From contig CAXXDN010000001.1 of assembly GCA_963667465.2 (NCBI GenBank), positions 224,001 through 288,000 on the forward strand: 64,000 nt of DNA. Reading direction: 5' to 3'. A program made the position numbers and the translations under genes. Shown here piece by piece: positions 8,723 through 18,081 of this stretch. The notes below the pieces were generated by a model. It saw only the letters and a program-made list of their open reading frames with translations. It did no database searches and was not told the origin of the DNA. The stretch is from Dehalococcoidia bacterium (lineage in GTDB: Bacteria > Chloroflexota > Dehalococcoidia > UBA2979). How positions within the stretch are numbered: the stretch's first letter is position 1; the number at the start of each line of letters is the position of its first letter.

Positions 8723-9013
8723 ATGGAAGTCTTCGTCGCCGCGCTCACGATCTTCGTGCTCGCGCTGTTCGTCGGGTACGAGGTGATCACGAAGGTGCCG
8801 CCACTGCTGCACACGCCGCTGATGTCCGGCGCCAACGCGATCTCGGGCATCACTCTCGTCGGCACGCTGGTCACCGCCGGCGCGCAACTCACGCTCCTGA
8901 CCACGATCCTTGGCGTCGTCGCCGTGGCGATGGCGACCGCGAACGTCGTCGGCGGGTTCCTCGTGACCCACCGCATGCTCTCGATGTTCCACGACAGGGG
9001 TGACCGTGCCTGA
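8723..9013 (+). CDS. pntAB: NAD(P) transhydrogenase subunit alpha, part 2 (membrane)
   Basis: VPPLLHTPLMSGANAISG..NVVGGFLVTHRMLSMF. Confidence 0.95.
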   Translation: MEVFVAALTIFVLALFVGYEVITKVPPLLHTPLMSGANAISGITLVGTLVTAGAQLTLLTTILGVVAVAMATANVVGGFLVTHRMLSMFHDRGDRA

Positions 9014-10412
9014 GCTGAACCCGGAGTGGATCGACCTCTTCTACCTGGTGGCGGCGGTCCTCTTCATCTGGGCGCTCAAGGACATGTCGCACCCGCGCAC
9101 CGCGGTGCGCGGCAACCTGCTCGGCTCCTCGGGCATGCTGATCGCGATCATCGTCACGCTCACCGACCACCGCATCATCAGCTTCGAGGTGATCATCGCC
9201 GGCATCGTCGTCGGCGCGCTGATCGGCGCCTTCATGGCCTACCGCGCGCCGCTCACGGCGATGCCGCAGGTGGTGGCGGTCTTCAACGGCTTCGGCGGCG
9301 GCGCCTCCGCGCTCGCCGTCGGCGCCGCGCTCGAGGAGGCGCTCAAGGGCGGCTTCGTCGAGGCGGTCGACTTCCAGTTCACGATCGCCGCGGTCGCCTC
9401 CGGGCTGATCGGCGGCATCTCGATGACGGGCAGCGCGATCGCCTTCGGCAAGCTGCAGGGCATCGTCACCGAGCGTCCGATCCTGCTGCCGGGGCGGCAC
9501 TTCCTCAACGCGACGCTCTTCACGGTCTGCGTCGCGCTCGGCGTCTGGCTGATCGCCGACTCCGATCCCTCGCTGCCGTTCTGGTTGCTGGTCGCCTTCG
9601 CCGCCGCGCTCGGCATCATGCTGGTGATTCCGATCGGCGGGGCAGACATGCCGGTCGTGATCTCGCTGCTCAACGCCTACTCCGGCCTCGCGGCGGCCGG
9701 GCACGGCTGGGTGCTCAACAACAGCGTGCTGATCATCGCCGGCTCACTCGTCGGGGCGGCCGGCTTCATCCTCACGGCGCTGATGTCGCAGGCGATGAAC
9801 CGCTCGCTGGTGAACATCATCTTCGCCGGCGTCGGCGCCGAAGTCGCCTCGGACGAGGACAGCGACGATGTCTACGCGGGCCGCGTCAAGTCGGCGTCCG
9901 CCGACGAGGTCGCGATGCTCCTCGACGGCGCGCGCCGCGTGGTGGTGGCGCCGGGCTACGGCCTGGCGGTCGCGCAGGCGCAGTACGCGATCCACGACCT
10001 GATGGACCTGCTCGAAGAGCGGGGCGTCGAGGTCGAGTTCGCGATCCATCCCGTGGCCGGCCGGATGCCGGGCCACATGAACGTGCTGCTGGCGGAGGCG
10101 GACATCCCCTACGAACAGCTCAAGGAGATGGACGAGATCAACCCGACCTTCCGCCAGACGGACGTAGTGCTGGTCTTCGGCGCGAACGACGTGGTGAACC
10201 CGATGGCGCGCGAGGCGGACCCCTCGATCCCGATCGCGGGCATGCCGATCCTCGATGTCGATCAGGCGCAGACGGTGGTGATCGTGAAGCGATCGATGAG
10301 CCCCGGCTTCGCCGGCATCCCGAACCCGCTGTTCGCCGCCGACAACACCCTCATGCTCTTCGCCGACGCCCGCGTCGCCGCCAACGAGCTGACGGCGGCG
10401 CTGCGGGGATAG
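9000..10412 (+). CDS. pntB: NAD(P) transhydrogenase subunit beta
   Basis: IGGADMPVVISLLN, AIHPVAGRMPGHMNVLLAEA, GANDVVNP. Confidence 0.96.
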   Translation: MTVPELNPEWIDLFYLVAAVLFIWALKDMSHPRTAVRGNLLGSSGMLIAIIVTLTDHRIISFEVIIAGIVVGALIGAFMAYRAPLTAMPQVVAVFNGFGGGASALAVGAALEEALKGGFVEAVDFQFTIAAVASGLIGGISMTGSAIAFGKLQGIVTERPILLPGRHFLNATLFTVCVALGVWLIADSDPSLPFWLLVAFAAALGIMLVIPIGGADMPVVISLLNAYSGLAAAGHGWVLNNSVLIIAGSLVGAAGFILTALMSQAMNRSLVNIIFAGVGAEVASDEDSDDVYAGRVKSASADEVAMLLDGARRVVVAPGYGLAVAQAQYAIHDLMDLLEERGVEVEFAIHPVAGRMPGHMNVLLAEADIPYEQLKEMDEINPTFRQTDVVLVFGANDVVNPMAREADPSIPIAGMPILDVDQAQTVVIVKRSMSPGFAGIPNPLFAADNTLMLFADARVAANELTAALRG

Positions 10413-10614
10413 GGATTCGGGCGGCGGCACGGCTGAGAGGAACCTTCGGGGCGCCAAGGCTCCCGGAGCAGCAACACTCGACGGAGGCGGGGGTACTGGT
10501 GGACGGCGGCGGCGCGACCTGATCCGTCCGCCGTGCGAGGCGACACCATCGCGCACACTCGCGCCCGTGCGATACAATGGCGCACACGTTTCATACAACG
10601 CCGCGAGGGGGCGC

Positions 10615-10854
10615 ATGGTCGGCAGCTACGTGATGAAGGTCTCCTCGAACGGGCAGGTCTCGATCCCGGCGGAGGCGCGTGCGCGCTGGAAGGCCGACCG
10701 AATGCTCGTCGTCGACATGGGCGATCGCGTGGTGATGCGTCCGCTCCCGCCGGACCCCGTGGGCGCCCTCAGGGGGAAGTACGCCGGGCGCGGGCCAAGC
10801 TCTGATGAGGCTCGCCGGGAGGCCCGGGCCGAGGACGCCGACCGCGAGCGGTGA
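10615..10854 (+). CDS. AbrB/MazE/SpoVT-family antitoxin
   Basis: KVSSNGQVSIPAEARARW swapped-hairpin motif; overlaps the PIN gene. Start could be 10633. Confidence 0.82.
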   Translation: MVGSYVMKVSSNGQVSIPAEARARWKADRMLVVDMGDRVVMRPLPPDPVGALRGKYAGRGPSSDEARREARAEDADRER

Positions 10855-11276
10855 TCATCCTCGACACGTACGCGGTGCTCGCGCTGCTGAGGGATGAGCC
10901 CGCGGCGCCACAGGCCCAGGCCTTGATCGAAGGCGACGAAGAGACGGCGCTGACGCTGCTCGGCGTCGCCGAGGTACTCGACCGCCTCGTGCGCCTCGCC
11001 GGCGCCGACGGGGAGCAGGCGTGGGGAGACCTGGTACAGCTCGGGCTGGCCGACTCACCGGCGCTCGATCCTCAACTGGCGGCGAGAGCGGGGCTGCTGC
11101 GGGCGCGTCACTACAACCGCCGCACCCGCGCGCTCAGCCTCGCGGACTGCGTCGCCGCGGAGACGGCGCGACGCCTGGACGCGTCACTGGCGACCGCCGA
11201 TCCCGCGCTGCTCGAGACCTGCGAGGCGGAACGGATCGCGGTCATCGCGCTTCCCGGCAGCGATTCGTCGCGTTGA
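10851..11276 (+). CDS. vapC: PIN-domain toxin (VapC-like)
   Basis: IILDTYAVLA..E..LSLADCVAA..LATAD. Confidence 0.85.
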   Translation: MIILDTYAVLALLRDEPAAPQAQALIEGDEETALTLLGVAEVLDRLVRLAGADGEQAWGDLVQLGLADSPALDPQLAARAGLLRARHYNRRTRALSLADCVAAETARRLDASLATADPALLETCEAERIAVIALPGSDSSR

Positions 11277-11302
11277 CCCTCCTCGGACGCCGTTTCTATA
11301 CT
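11273..11302 (+). promoter_or_regulatory. Sigma70-type promoter of the tRNA-tuf operon
   Basis: TTGACC (11273-78), 18-bp spacer, TATACT (11297-11302). Confidence 0.65.
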
Positions 11303-11365
11303 TAACTGATCGCACTTCGCCGGTTGGCCGGGTGTGATTGTTTCATGTGCTCCGGCACTGTTCGG

Positions 11366-11441
11366 GCCCGAGTGGCGCAATGGCAGCGCAGCCGATTTGT
11401 AATCGGCAGGTTAGCGGGTTCGAATCCCCTCTCGGGCTCCA
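11366..11441 (+). tRNA. tRNA-Thr(TGT)
   Basis: Acceptor GCCCGAG/CTCGGGC, anticodon arm GCCGA-TT-TGT-AA-TCGGC, GTTCGAATC, 3' CCA. Confidence 0.95.
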
Positions 11442-11501
11442 CTCACTCCCTGCGGGGTCCTGTGGAGACGCGCGGGGTGCGGATGCCGGGCATCGACGCC
11501 C

Positions 11502-11587
11502 GCAGGGGTGGGAGAGTGGTTAATTCCAGCGGTCTGTAAAACCGCCGCCTTACGGCTACGCAGGTTCGAATCCTGCCCCCTGCACCA
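11502..11587 (+). tRNA. tRNA-Tyr(GTA)
   Basis: Acceptor GCAGGGG/CCCCTGC, anticodon arm GCGGT-CT-GTA-AA-ACCGC, long variable arm, CCA. Confidence 0.95.
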
Positions 11588-11653
11588 GTCGCACGCGCTA
11601 CCGGGACTGGAACGCAGCGTCCCGGCGGTGGGTGGCGCCAGAAGCGGAGATGT

Positions 11654-11729
11654 GCCCTCATAGCTCAGTCGGTAGAGCGCGTTCTTGGTAAGAACGAGGT
11701 CAGCGGTTCGAATCCGCTTGAGGGCTCCA
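11654..11729 (+). tRNA. tRNA-Thr(GGT)
   Basis: Acceptor GCCCTCA/TGAGGGC, anticodon arm CGTTC-TT-GGT-AA-GAACG, CCA. Confidence 0.95.
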
Positions 11730-11805
11730 CCACAGCATCAGCTACAGCAGCGCCGCCGGCCGGCAGGAAAGCCTGGGGGCGGCGGAGGGGAACGGGAGTC
11801 GAGGG

Positions 11806-13005
11806 ATGGCGCGAGGCAAGTTTGAGCGGACGAAGCCGCACGCGAACGTGGGCACGATTGGCCACGTCGACCACGGCAAGACGACGCTGACGGCGGCGAT
11901 CACCAAGGTGCTCGCGCTCAAGGGCGAAGCTGAGTATCGCGAGTTCGACTCGATCGACAACGCGCCCGAGGAGAAGGCGCGCGGCATCACGATCGCGATC
12001 GCCCACGTCGAATACGAGACGGACGCGCGCCACTACGCGCACGTCGACTGTCCCGGGCACGCCGACTACATCAAGAACATGATCACCGGCGCCGCCCAGA
12101 TGGACGGCGCGATCCTCGTCGTCGCCGCCCCGGACGGCCCGATGCCGCAGACCCGCGAGCACCTGCTGCTGGCGCGCCAGGTCGAGGTTCCCGCCGTCGT
12201 CGTCTTCCTCAACAAGGTCGACATGATGGACGACGAGGAGCTGCTGGAGCTGGTCGAGCTGGAGATGCGCGAGCTGCTGGACGGCTACGAGTTCCCCGGC
12301 GACGAGGTGCCGATCATCCGTGGTTCGGCGCTGGCGGCGCTCGAGTCCGCCTCGACCGACCCGGACGCCGAGGAGTACAAGGCGATCTGGGAGCTGATGG
12401 AAGCGGTGGACAGTTACATCCCGCAGCCGGAGCGGCCCAAGGACCAGCCGTTCCTGATGCCGATCGAGGACGTCTTCGGGATCAAGGGTCGCGGCACGGT
12501 GGTGACGGGGCGCATCGAGCGCGGCGTCGTCAACGTGGGCGACCCGATCGAGATCGTGGGCATCAAGGAGACCGAGACCACGGTGGTGACCGGGGTCGAG
12601 ATGTTCAAGAAGATTCTCGACACCGGCGAGGCGGGCGACAACGTCGGTTGTCTCTTGCGCGGCATCGAGCGCAGCGACATCGAGCGTGGTCAGGTGCTGG
12701 CCAAGCCGGGCAGCATCACGCCGCACCGCCGCTTCTCAGGCGAGGTCTACGTGCTCTCGAAGGAGGAGGGCGGCCGGCACACGCCGTTCTTCACCGGCTA
12801 CCGGCCGCAGTTCTACGTGCGGACCACGGACGTGACGGGGGTGGTGACGCTGCCCGCGGGCACGGAGATGGTGATGCCGGGCGACAACGTGACGGTCGAC
12901 ATCGAGCTGATCACGCCGATTGCGATCGAGGACGGCCTGCGCTTCGCCATTCGCGAGGGCGGCCGCACCGTCGGCGCCGGCGTCGTCACCGGAATCAACG
13001 AGTAG
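11806..13005 (+). CDS. tuf: Elongation factor Tu
   Basis: [26 protein letters not shown]. Confidence 0.99.
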   Translation: MARGKFERTKPHANVGTIGHVDHGKTTLTAAITKVLALKGEAEYREFDSIDNAPEEKARGITIAIAHVEYETDARHYAHVDCPGHADYIKNMITGAAQMDGAILVVAAPDGPMPQTREHLLLARQVEVPAVVVFLNKVDMMDDEELLELVELEMRELLDGYEFPGDEVPIIRGSALAALESASTDPDAEEYKAIWELMEAVDSYIPQPERPKDQPFLMPIEDVFGIKGRGTVVTGRIERGVVNVGDPIEIVGIKETETTVVTGVEMFKKILDTGEAGDNVGCLLRGIERSDIERGQVLAKPGSITPHRRFSGEVYVLSKEEGGRHTPFFTGYRPQFYVRTTDVTGVVTLPAGTEMVMPGDNVTVDIELITPIAIEDGLRFAIREGGRTVGAGVVTGINE

Positions 13006-13051
13006 CAACCAGGAACGCGGACGCGGGCGGGACGCTCGGGGAGCGGACATC

Positions 13052-13213
13052 ATGGCCAAGGGAGACCGGGAGCACATCACGCTGGCGTGCACGCAGTGCC
13101 GCTCCCGCAACTACCACACGCGGAAGAACCGGCGGAACGATCCGGAGCGGCTGGAGCTGCGCAAGTTCTGCCGCCGCTGCCGGGGCCACCAGCCACACCG
13201 CGAAACGCGGTAG
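13052..13213 (+). CDS. rpmG: 50S ribosomal protein L33 (Zn-binding type)
   Basis: [31 protein letters not shown]. Confidence 0.95.
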   Translation: MAKGDREHITLACTQCRSRNYHTRKNRRNDPERLELRKFCRRCRGHQPHRETR

Positions 13214-13255
13214 GCTGGCCCCCCGGGCCGAACAGACAGCCGAACGGAGCCATCG

Positions 13256-13588
13256 ATGGGTCGAGCGCTGCGCAGGCAGCAGGAGCGTGCTCAGCGCCGC
13301 CAGCAGCGGCAGCAGCAGCGCGCCGCGGCCTCGGGCGGGGGAGGTGGTCGCGGGCCCTCGATGAGCGTCTCGACGCCTGCGTCGGGGGACGCCCGGCGCG
13401 GACGGCGCTGGGTTCCGCGCTGGATCGCCGACATCTTCAGCGAGCTGCGCAAGGTCACCTGGCCCACCCGCCAGGAGGTCGGCTACCTGACCCTGGTCGT
13501 CGTGATCGTCTCGCTCTTCTTCGGGGCGGTCCTCGGCCTCGCCGACCTGGGCTTCGGCTGGCTCATCGAGAACACGGTGCTCCGCTAG
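13256..13588 (+). CDS. secE: Preprotein translocase subunit SecE
   Basis: ELRKVTWPTRQE plus one TM helix; lies between rpmG and nusG. Confidence 0.93.
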   Translation: MGRALRRQQERAQRRQQRQQQRAAASGGGGGRGPSMSVSTPASGDARRGRRWVPRWIADIFSELRKVTWPTRQEVGYLTLVVVIVSLFFGAVLGLADLGFGWLIENTVLR

Positions 13589-13655
13589 TGGCGGCGCACG
13601 GACAGGGACGAACGAGGCGCGCGGCGGAGCACAGCGGCGCGCACGTGGAGGCAGC

Positions 13656-14300
13656 ATGACCAGCGAACGCCACCCGCCACCGCCGCCCGCGCCGCCTAAT
13701 CCGTTCACTGCGGAGCTGGAGGAGCGCGCCGGTCAGGTCGCCGCTCCCACCGTCGTCGAGGAAGACGGCCGCGCCTGGTACATCGTCCAGACCTACTCCG
13801 GCTACGAGAACAAGGTGAAGAAGAGCCTGGAGCAGCGCATCCAGCAGATGGATATGAGCGACCAGGTCTTCGAGGTGGTGATCCCCACCGAAGACGAGAT
13901 CGAGATCCGCGACGGCCAGCGCAAGACCGTCTCCCGCAAGCTCTTCCCCGGCTACATCCTGGTCCAGATGCTGATGGGCGACGACTCCTGGTACGTGGTC
14001 CGTAACACCCCGGGCGTCACCGGCTTCGCCGGCGCCAGCTCCGACGAGCGCTCGCGGCCTCCCGCCCTCGAGGACGAGGAAGTCTCGCGCATCCTGCGGC
14101 AGATGGACACCGGAACGCCGAGGATCAACGTCGGCTTCGCCGTCGGCGAGGCGGTACGCGTGATCGACGGTCCATTCGTAGACTTCGTCGGCCAGGTCGA
14201 CGAGATCAACCTCGACAAGGGCAAAGTGCGGGTCATGGTCTCGATGTTCGGCCGGGAGACGCCGGTCGAGCTGGACTTCCTGCAGGTGGAGAAGCAGTAA
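13656..14300 (+). CDS. nusG: Transcription factor NusG
   Basis: WYIVQTYSGYENKVK, FPGYILV, KOW motif, FGRETPVELDF. Confidence 0.97.
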   Translation: MTSERHPPPPPAPPNPFTAELEERAGQVAAPTVVEEDGRAWYIVQTYSGYENKVKKSLEQRIQQMDMSDQVFEVVIPTEDEIEIRDGQRKTVSRKLFPGYILVQMLMGDDSWYVVRNTPGVTGFAGASSDERSRPPALEDEEVSRILRQMDTGTPRINVGFAVGEAVRVIDGPFVDFVGQVDEINLDKGKVRVMVSMFGRETPVELDFLQVEKQ

Positions 14301-14303
14301 CCA

Positions 14304-14729
14304 ATGGCGAAACGAGTACGCGCACTGGTCAAGTTGCAAATCCAGGCGGGGCGGGCGAACCCCGCGCCGCCGGTGGGTACCGCGCTGGGCCCGCACGGCA
14401 TCAACATCATGGACTTCTGCAAGTCCTACAACGCACGCACCCAGGCACAGCAGGGACAGATCATCCCAGCCGTGATCACCATCTACGAGGACCGCTCGTT
14501 CAGCTTCGAGCTGCGCACGCCGCCGGCCTCGGACCTGCTGCGCAAGGCCGCGGGCGTGGAGAGCGGCGCCGCCAACCAGCTCACCGAGGTGGTCGGCTCC
14601 GTCACGCAGGACCAGGTGCGCACCATCGCCGAAACCAAGCTCGTCGACCTCAACACCGACGACATGGACGCCGCCGTGCGGATCATCGAGGGCACCGCGC
14701 GCTCGATGGGAATCGAGGTGAAGCCGTAA
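14304..14729 (+). CDS. rplK: 50S ribosomal protein L11
   Basis: [22 protein letters not shown]. Confidence 0.98.
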   Translation: MAKRVRALVKLQIQAGRANPAPPVGTALGPHGINIMDFCKSYNARTQAQQGQIIPAVITIYEDRSFSFELRTPPASDLLRKAAGVESGAANQLTEVVGSVTQDQVRTIAETKLVDLNTDDMDAAVRIIEGTARSMGIEVKP

Positions 14730-15445
14730 TGGGCAAACGAGGCAAGCGCTACCGCGAGGCCGCCTCCAGGGTGGATCGCCATGAGCTGTACCAGCCAGAC
14801 GCGGCGCTCAGCGCCGTGAAGGAAACCGCCACCGCGAAGTTCGACGAGACCGTCGAGCTGCACCTCCGCACCGGCCTCGACGGCCGCCACGCGGAGCAGC
14901 AGATTCGCGGCGCGATCACGCTGCCGCACGGCCTCGGCAAGGAGCAGCGCATCGCCGTCTTCGCCGAGGGCGAGGGGGCCATGCTCGCGACCGAGGCCGG
15001 CGCCGACCTCGTCGGAGCGGACGAACTCATCGCACGCGTCGCCGACGGGTTCACGGACTTCGATGTCGCGCTCGCGCAGCGCGAGCTGATGGGCAAGGTC
15101 GGCCGGCTGGGCCGTGTGCTGGGCCCGCGCGGCCTGATGCCGAACCCGCGCAACAACACCGTGCTCGAGGCCAACGACATCCCGCGCGCCGTCAAGGAGG
15201 CCAAGTCCGGCCGCGTCGAATACCGGCTGGACAAGACCAACTACGTGCACGCGCCGATCGGCAAGGTCTCCTTCAGCGACGAGCAGTTGATGGAGAACCT
15301 GAGCGCGCTGCTCGGCGAGATCGTGAAGTCACGGCCCAGCGACCTGAAGGGCCAGTACATCCGCGCCGCCACGCTGACCTCGACGATGGGACCGGGCGTG
15401 CACGTCGAGCTGGCGCCGCTCATGGCGCTCGGCGCCGAGGGGTAG
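14729..15445 (+). CDS. rplA: 50S ribosomal protein L1
   Basis: KFDETVE, LPHGLGK, LGPRGLMPNP, STMGPG. Confidence 0.98.
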   Translation: MGKRGKRYREAASRVDRHELYQPDAALSAVKETATAKFDETVELHLRTGLDGRHAEQQIRGAITLPHGLGKEQRIAVFAEGEGAMLATEAGADLVGADELIARVADGFTDFDVALAQRELMGKVGRLGRVLGPRGLMPNPRNNTVLEANDIPRAVKEAKSGRVEYRLDKTNYVHAPIGKVSFSDEQLMENLSALLGEIVKSRPSDLKGQYIRAATLTSTMGPGVHVELAPLMALGAEG

Positions 15446-15499
15446 CGGCACAGCAGACAACCCGGAACCACGAGCGTTCGCGCGTAAGCGCGGGCGCGG

Positions 15500-15605
15500 T
15501 AGAGACTGTACGGGCGCCCAACGGGCGCGGACACCGGAGACCACGGGTTCCAGCCGGGCGGACCGCCCGGACGGAAGAATGGCCGCAGGCCGCCCGTGCA
15601 GGTGG
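15500..15605 (+). promoter_or_regulatory. L10 leader-like autoregulatory RNA
   Basis: AGAC followed by a stem CTGTACGGGCG (15506-16) / CGCCCGTGCAG (15591-601) in the rplA-rplJ spacer. Confidence 0.55.
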
Positions 15606-15718
15606 GATCAGGCGAAACGGCGACGCGTCCCCGGCCAAGGGCCGGACGGCGCGGCGCGAACGCCCTCCCGCCGGAGGGCGTTTCGTTCGCCCTCGAATGC
15701 AGCAGGAGAGGAGGCGCG

Positions 15719-16252
15719 GTGCCTACGGAGCGCAAGATCGCGCAGGTCGCCGAGCTCAAGGAGCTGATCGAGGGCGTCAACATCGCCATCGGCACGGCCT
15801 ACCAGGGAATCCCGGTGCCGGACCAGACGCAGCTGCGGCGCGCGCTACTCGACGAGGGGGCCACCCTGCGCGTCATCAAGAACACGCTGCTGCAACGCGC
15901 CGCCACCGAGAGCGGGCAGCCGCTGTTTGCCGAACTGGCGCAGGGCCCCACTGCCCTGGTCACGCACCCCGACGACCCCGTCGCCGCGGCGCGCGCGGTC
16001 TGGAACTACCAGCGGAACAACCCGCAAACGCCGTTCGAGGTCCGCAACGCCGTCATCGACGGCCAGCTGGTCGACGCCGCGTACATCGCCGATCTGGCGA
16101 CCGTGCCGACTCGCGAGGTGCTGGTCGCCCGTATCGCGGGCGGGCTGACGGGCAAGATCGTGGAACTGCTGGGGCTGCTTGAGGCGTCGACCCGCGAGCT
16201 CGCGGGGCTGATCGATGCGCGCGCGGAGCAGCTCGAAGGCACGGAAGCATAG
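15719..16252 (+). CDS. rplJ: 50S ribosomal protein L10
   Basis: GTG start after AGGAGAGGAGG; MPTERK..VIKNTLL..GPTAL; lies before rplL. Confidence 0.93.
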   Translation: MPTERKIAQVAELKELIEGVNIAIGTAYQGIPVPDQTQLRRALLDEGATLRVIKNTLLQRAATESGQPLFAELAQGPTALVTHPDDPVAAARAVWNYQRNNPQTPFEVRNAVIDGQLVDAAYIADLATVPTREVLVARIAGGLTGKIVELLGLLEASTRELAGLIDARAEQLEGTEA

Positions 16253-16310
16253 GCGCGAGCGCGCCAACGGAGCATTGCCGCCCGCGGGGCGGTTCGGAAG
16301 GAGCACGAGG

Positions 16311-16697
16311 ATGGCGAAGGTCGAGGAAGCCCTCGAGATCATCAAGGGCATGACGCTGCTCGAACTGAGGGATCTCAACAAGGCGATCGAGGAAGAGTTC
16401 GGCGTGACTGCCGCGGCTCCCGTCGCGATGGCGGCCATGCCCGTGGGGGACGGCGGCGACAACGGCGCGGCCGCGGCCGAGGAGCAGTTCGAGTTCGACG
16501 TGGTCCTCACGGACTTCGGCGCCAACAAGATCAACGTGATCAAGGCGGTGCGCGAGCTCACCTCGCTCGGGCTGAAGGACGCCAAGGACGTCGTCGAGTC
16601 CGCTCCCAAGGCGATCCGCGAGGCGGTGACCAGGGAAGAGGCAGACGCAGCCAAGAGCAAGCTCGAGGAAGCGGGCGCCACCGTCGAGGTCAAGTAA
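16311..16697 (+). CDS. rplL: 50S ribosomal protein L7/L12
   Basis: [41 protein letters not shown]. Confidence 0.98.
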   Translation: MAKVEEALEIIKGMTLLELRDLNKAIEEEFGVTAAAPVAMAAMPVGDGGDNGAAAAEEQFEFDVVLTDFGANKINVIKAVRELTSLGLKDAKDVVESAPKAIREAVTREEADAAKSKLEEAGATVEVK

Positions 16698-16801
16698 CGG
16701 CACATCGTCAGCCGCACGCTGCCGGCCGCCCGTGTCAGCCGGCCTGACGCGGGCGCCTCTCGGGGCCCGGCCCGGCAGCGGCTGAGTGTGAGGCTGGCCT
16801 T

Positions 16802-17575
16802 GTGGAGTGCTTCCGCTGCGAGCGCGAGGCGGCGCGAGAGTGCCCCCGCTGTGGCCTGCTCTACTGCATGGAGCACGGCGACGTGCTCTGCGAGCGCTGC
16901 CTGGACCCCGCGCTCGCCCTGCCCTCGCAGCGGCTCTACCGCGGCGCGCTGATCGCGCTGGTCGCGGCCAGCGTAGTCGCGCTCTGGCTGCTGCTCTGGC
17001 CCTCCGCCGGCGGCGGGGATCTGGATGACGCCGCTGCGGCCCGCGCCACGCCGAGCCCGGTGCGCGTGGCGATCGCCTCCCCGACCGCGCCGCCCACGCC
17101 CGCCACCGGCGCGACGCCAACCAGTGCCCCCAGCCCTGCGGCGACCGCCTCGCCGGTTGCGACCGCTTCCCCCACGCCCTTGCCCACCGCCGCACCGACG
17201 CAGCCGCCGACAGCGCCGCCGACGGCCACGCCTACAGCAGCGCCGAGCCCCACCGCCACACCGACGCCAACTGCCACGCCCACGCCCACACCGACGCCGA
17301 CGCCGACCGCGACACCGACACCGACACCGACCCCCGAGCCCACGCCGGAGGTTCCCCGCAGCGCCTACATCGCGAACACCGACGGTACGGGCGTACGCTG
17401 GCGAGACGAGTGCCGGGGGGAGGCGACTGTCGTCGGCCGCGGCTGGGTCGAGGAGAGCCTGATCAGGATCCTCGAGAACGGCAGCGGTGAGTGCGAAGGC
17501 TGGTTCCGGGCCGACGATACCGATGGAGTAACGTCATGGGTCCGGAGCGAGTACGTGTCTGAGGAGCAGCCGTAG
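16802..17575 (+). CDS. Hypothetical membrane protein: Cys/His Zn-finger, TM helix, Pro/Thr linker, SH3b-like C-terminus
   Basis: CxxC..CxxC..CxxH..CxxC N-terminus, one TM helix, (TP)n run, IANTDGTGVRWR..SWVRSEYV. Confidence 0.7.
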   Translation: MECFRCEREAARECPRCGLLYCMEHGDVLCERCLDPALALPSQRLYRGALIALVAASVVALWLLLWPSAGGGDLDDAAAARATPSPVRVAIASPTAPPTPATGATPTSAPSPAATASPVATASPTPLPTAAPTQPPTAPPTATPTAAPSPTATPTPTATPTPTPTPTPTATPTPTPTPEPTPEVPRSAYIANTDGTGVRWRDECRGEATVVGRGWVEESLIRILENGSGECEGWFRADDTDGVTSWVRSEYVSEEQP

Positions 17576-18081
17576 TGACCAGCCAGCCCCCAACCCGGAT
17601 CGAAATCATCGGGGAGATGCCGGGGAGCCGCCTGACGCTGCTGCGCATGGTGGCCATGTACGCGCTGCTGACGGCGGCCGGCGGGGCCATCTCGCTCGTC
17701 TCCCTGAGCGCCGTCCTCGGAGACTCGTACGCGGCGCTCATCCCGCTCGCCATCCTGCTGCTCGTCACCAGCGCGGCGCTCTTCCAGCTGATCACGGCGC
17801 TGCTCGATCTGCGAGCGGAGCCGACCTTCACGCGCGGCAAGGTCGTACGCCTCTGGACGAAGGGCGGCCTGTTCTGGTTCTTCCGATCGCACTACGCCAT
17901 GGTCGACCGCCAGGTCTTCGTTATGGCGGCGCAGGTCTGGATCCAGCTCGAGGAAGAGAACATCGCCGAGCTTCACCACTGGCCACATACGCGCACGCTG
18001 ATCCGCGCGGTGCTGATCGAAGGCGCTGTCGACGACCTTCCCCCCGGTGAGCCCGTGTCCCCTCACGGCCTCTTGACGTGA
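17575..18081 (+). CDS. Hypothetical membrane protein
   Basis: Two hydrophobic helices; coupled to both neighbours. Confidence 0.65.
   Translation: MTSQPPTRIEIIGEMPGSRLTLLRMVAMYALLTAAGGAISLVSLSAVLGDSYAALIPLAILLLVTSAALFQLITALLDLRAEPTFTRGKVVRLWTKGGLFWFFRSHYAMVDRQVFVMAAQVWIQLEEENIAELHHWPHTRTLIRAVLIEGAVDDLPPGEPVSPHGLLT

Noticed and set aside
11588-11653. Expected tRNA-Gly between tRNA-Tyr and tRNA-Thr
   Set aside because: Only a simple hairpin; no T-loop GTTCGA and no cloverleaf.
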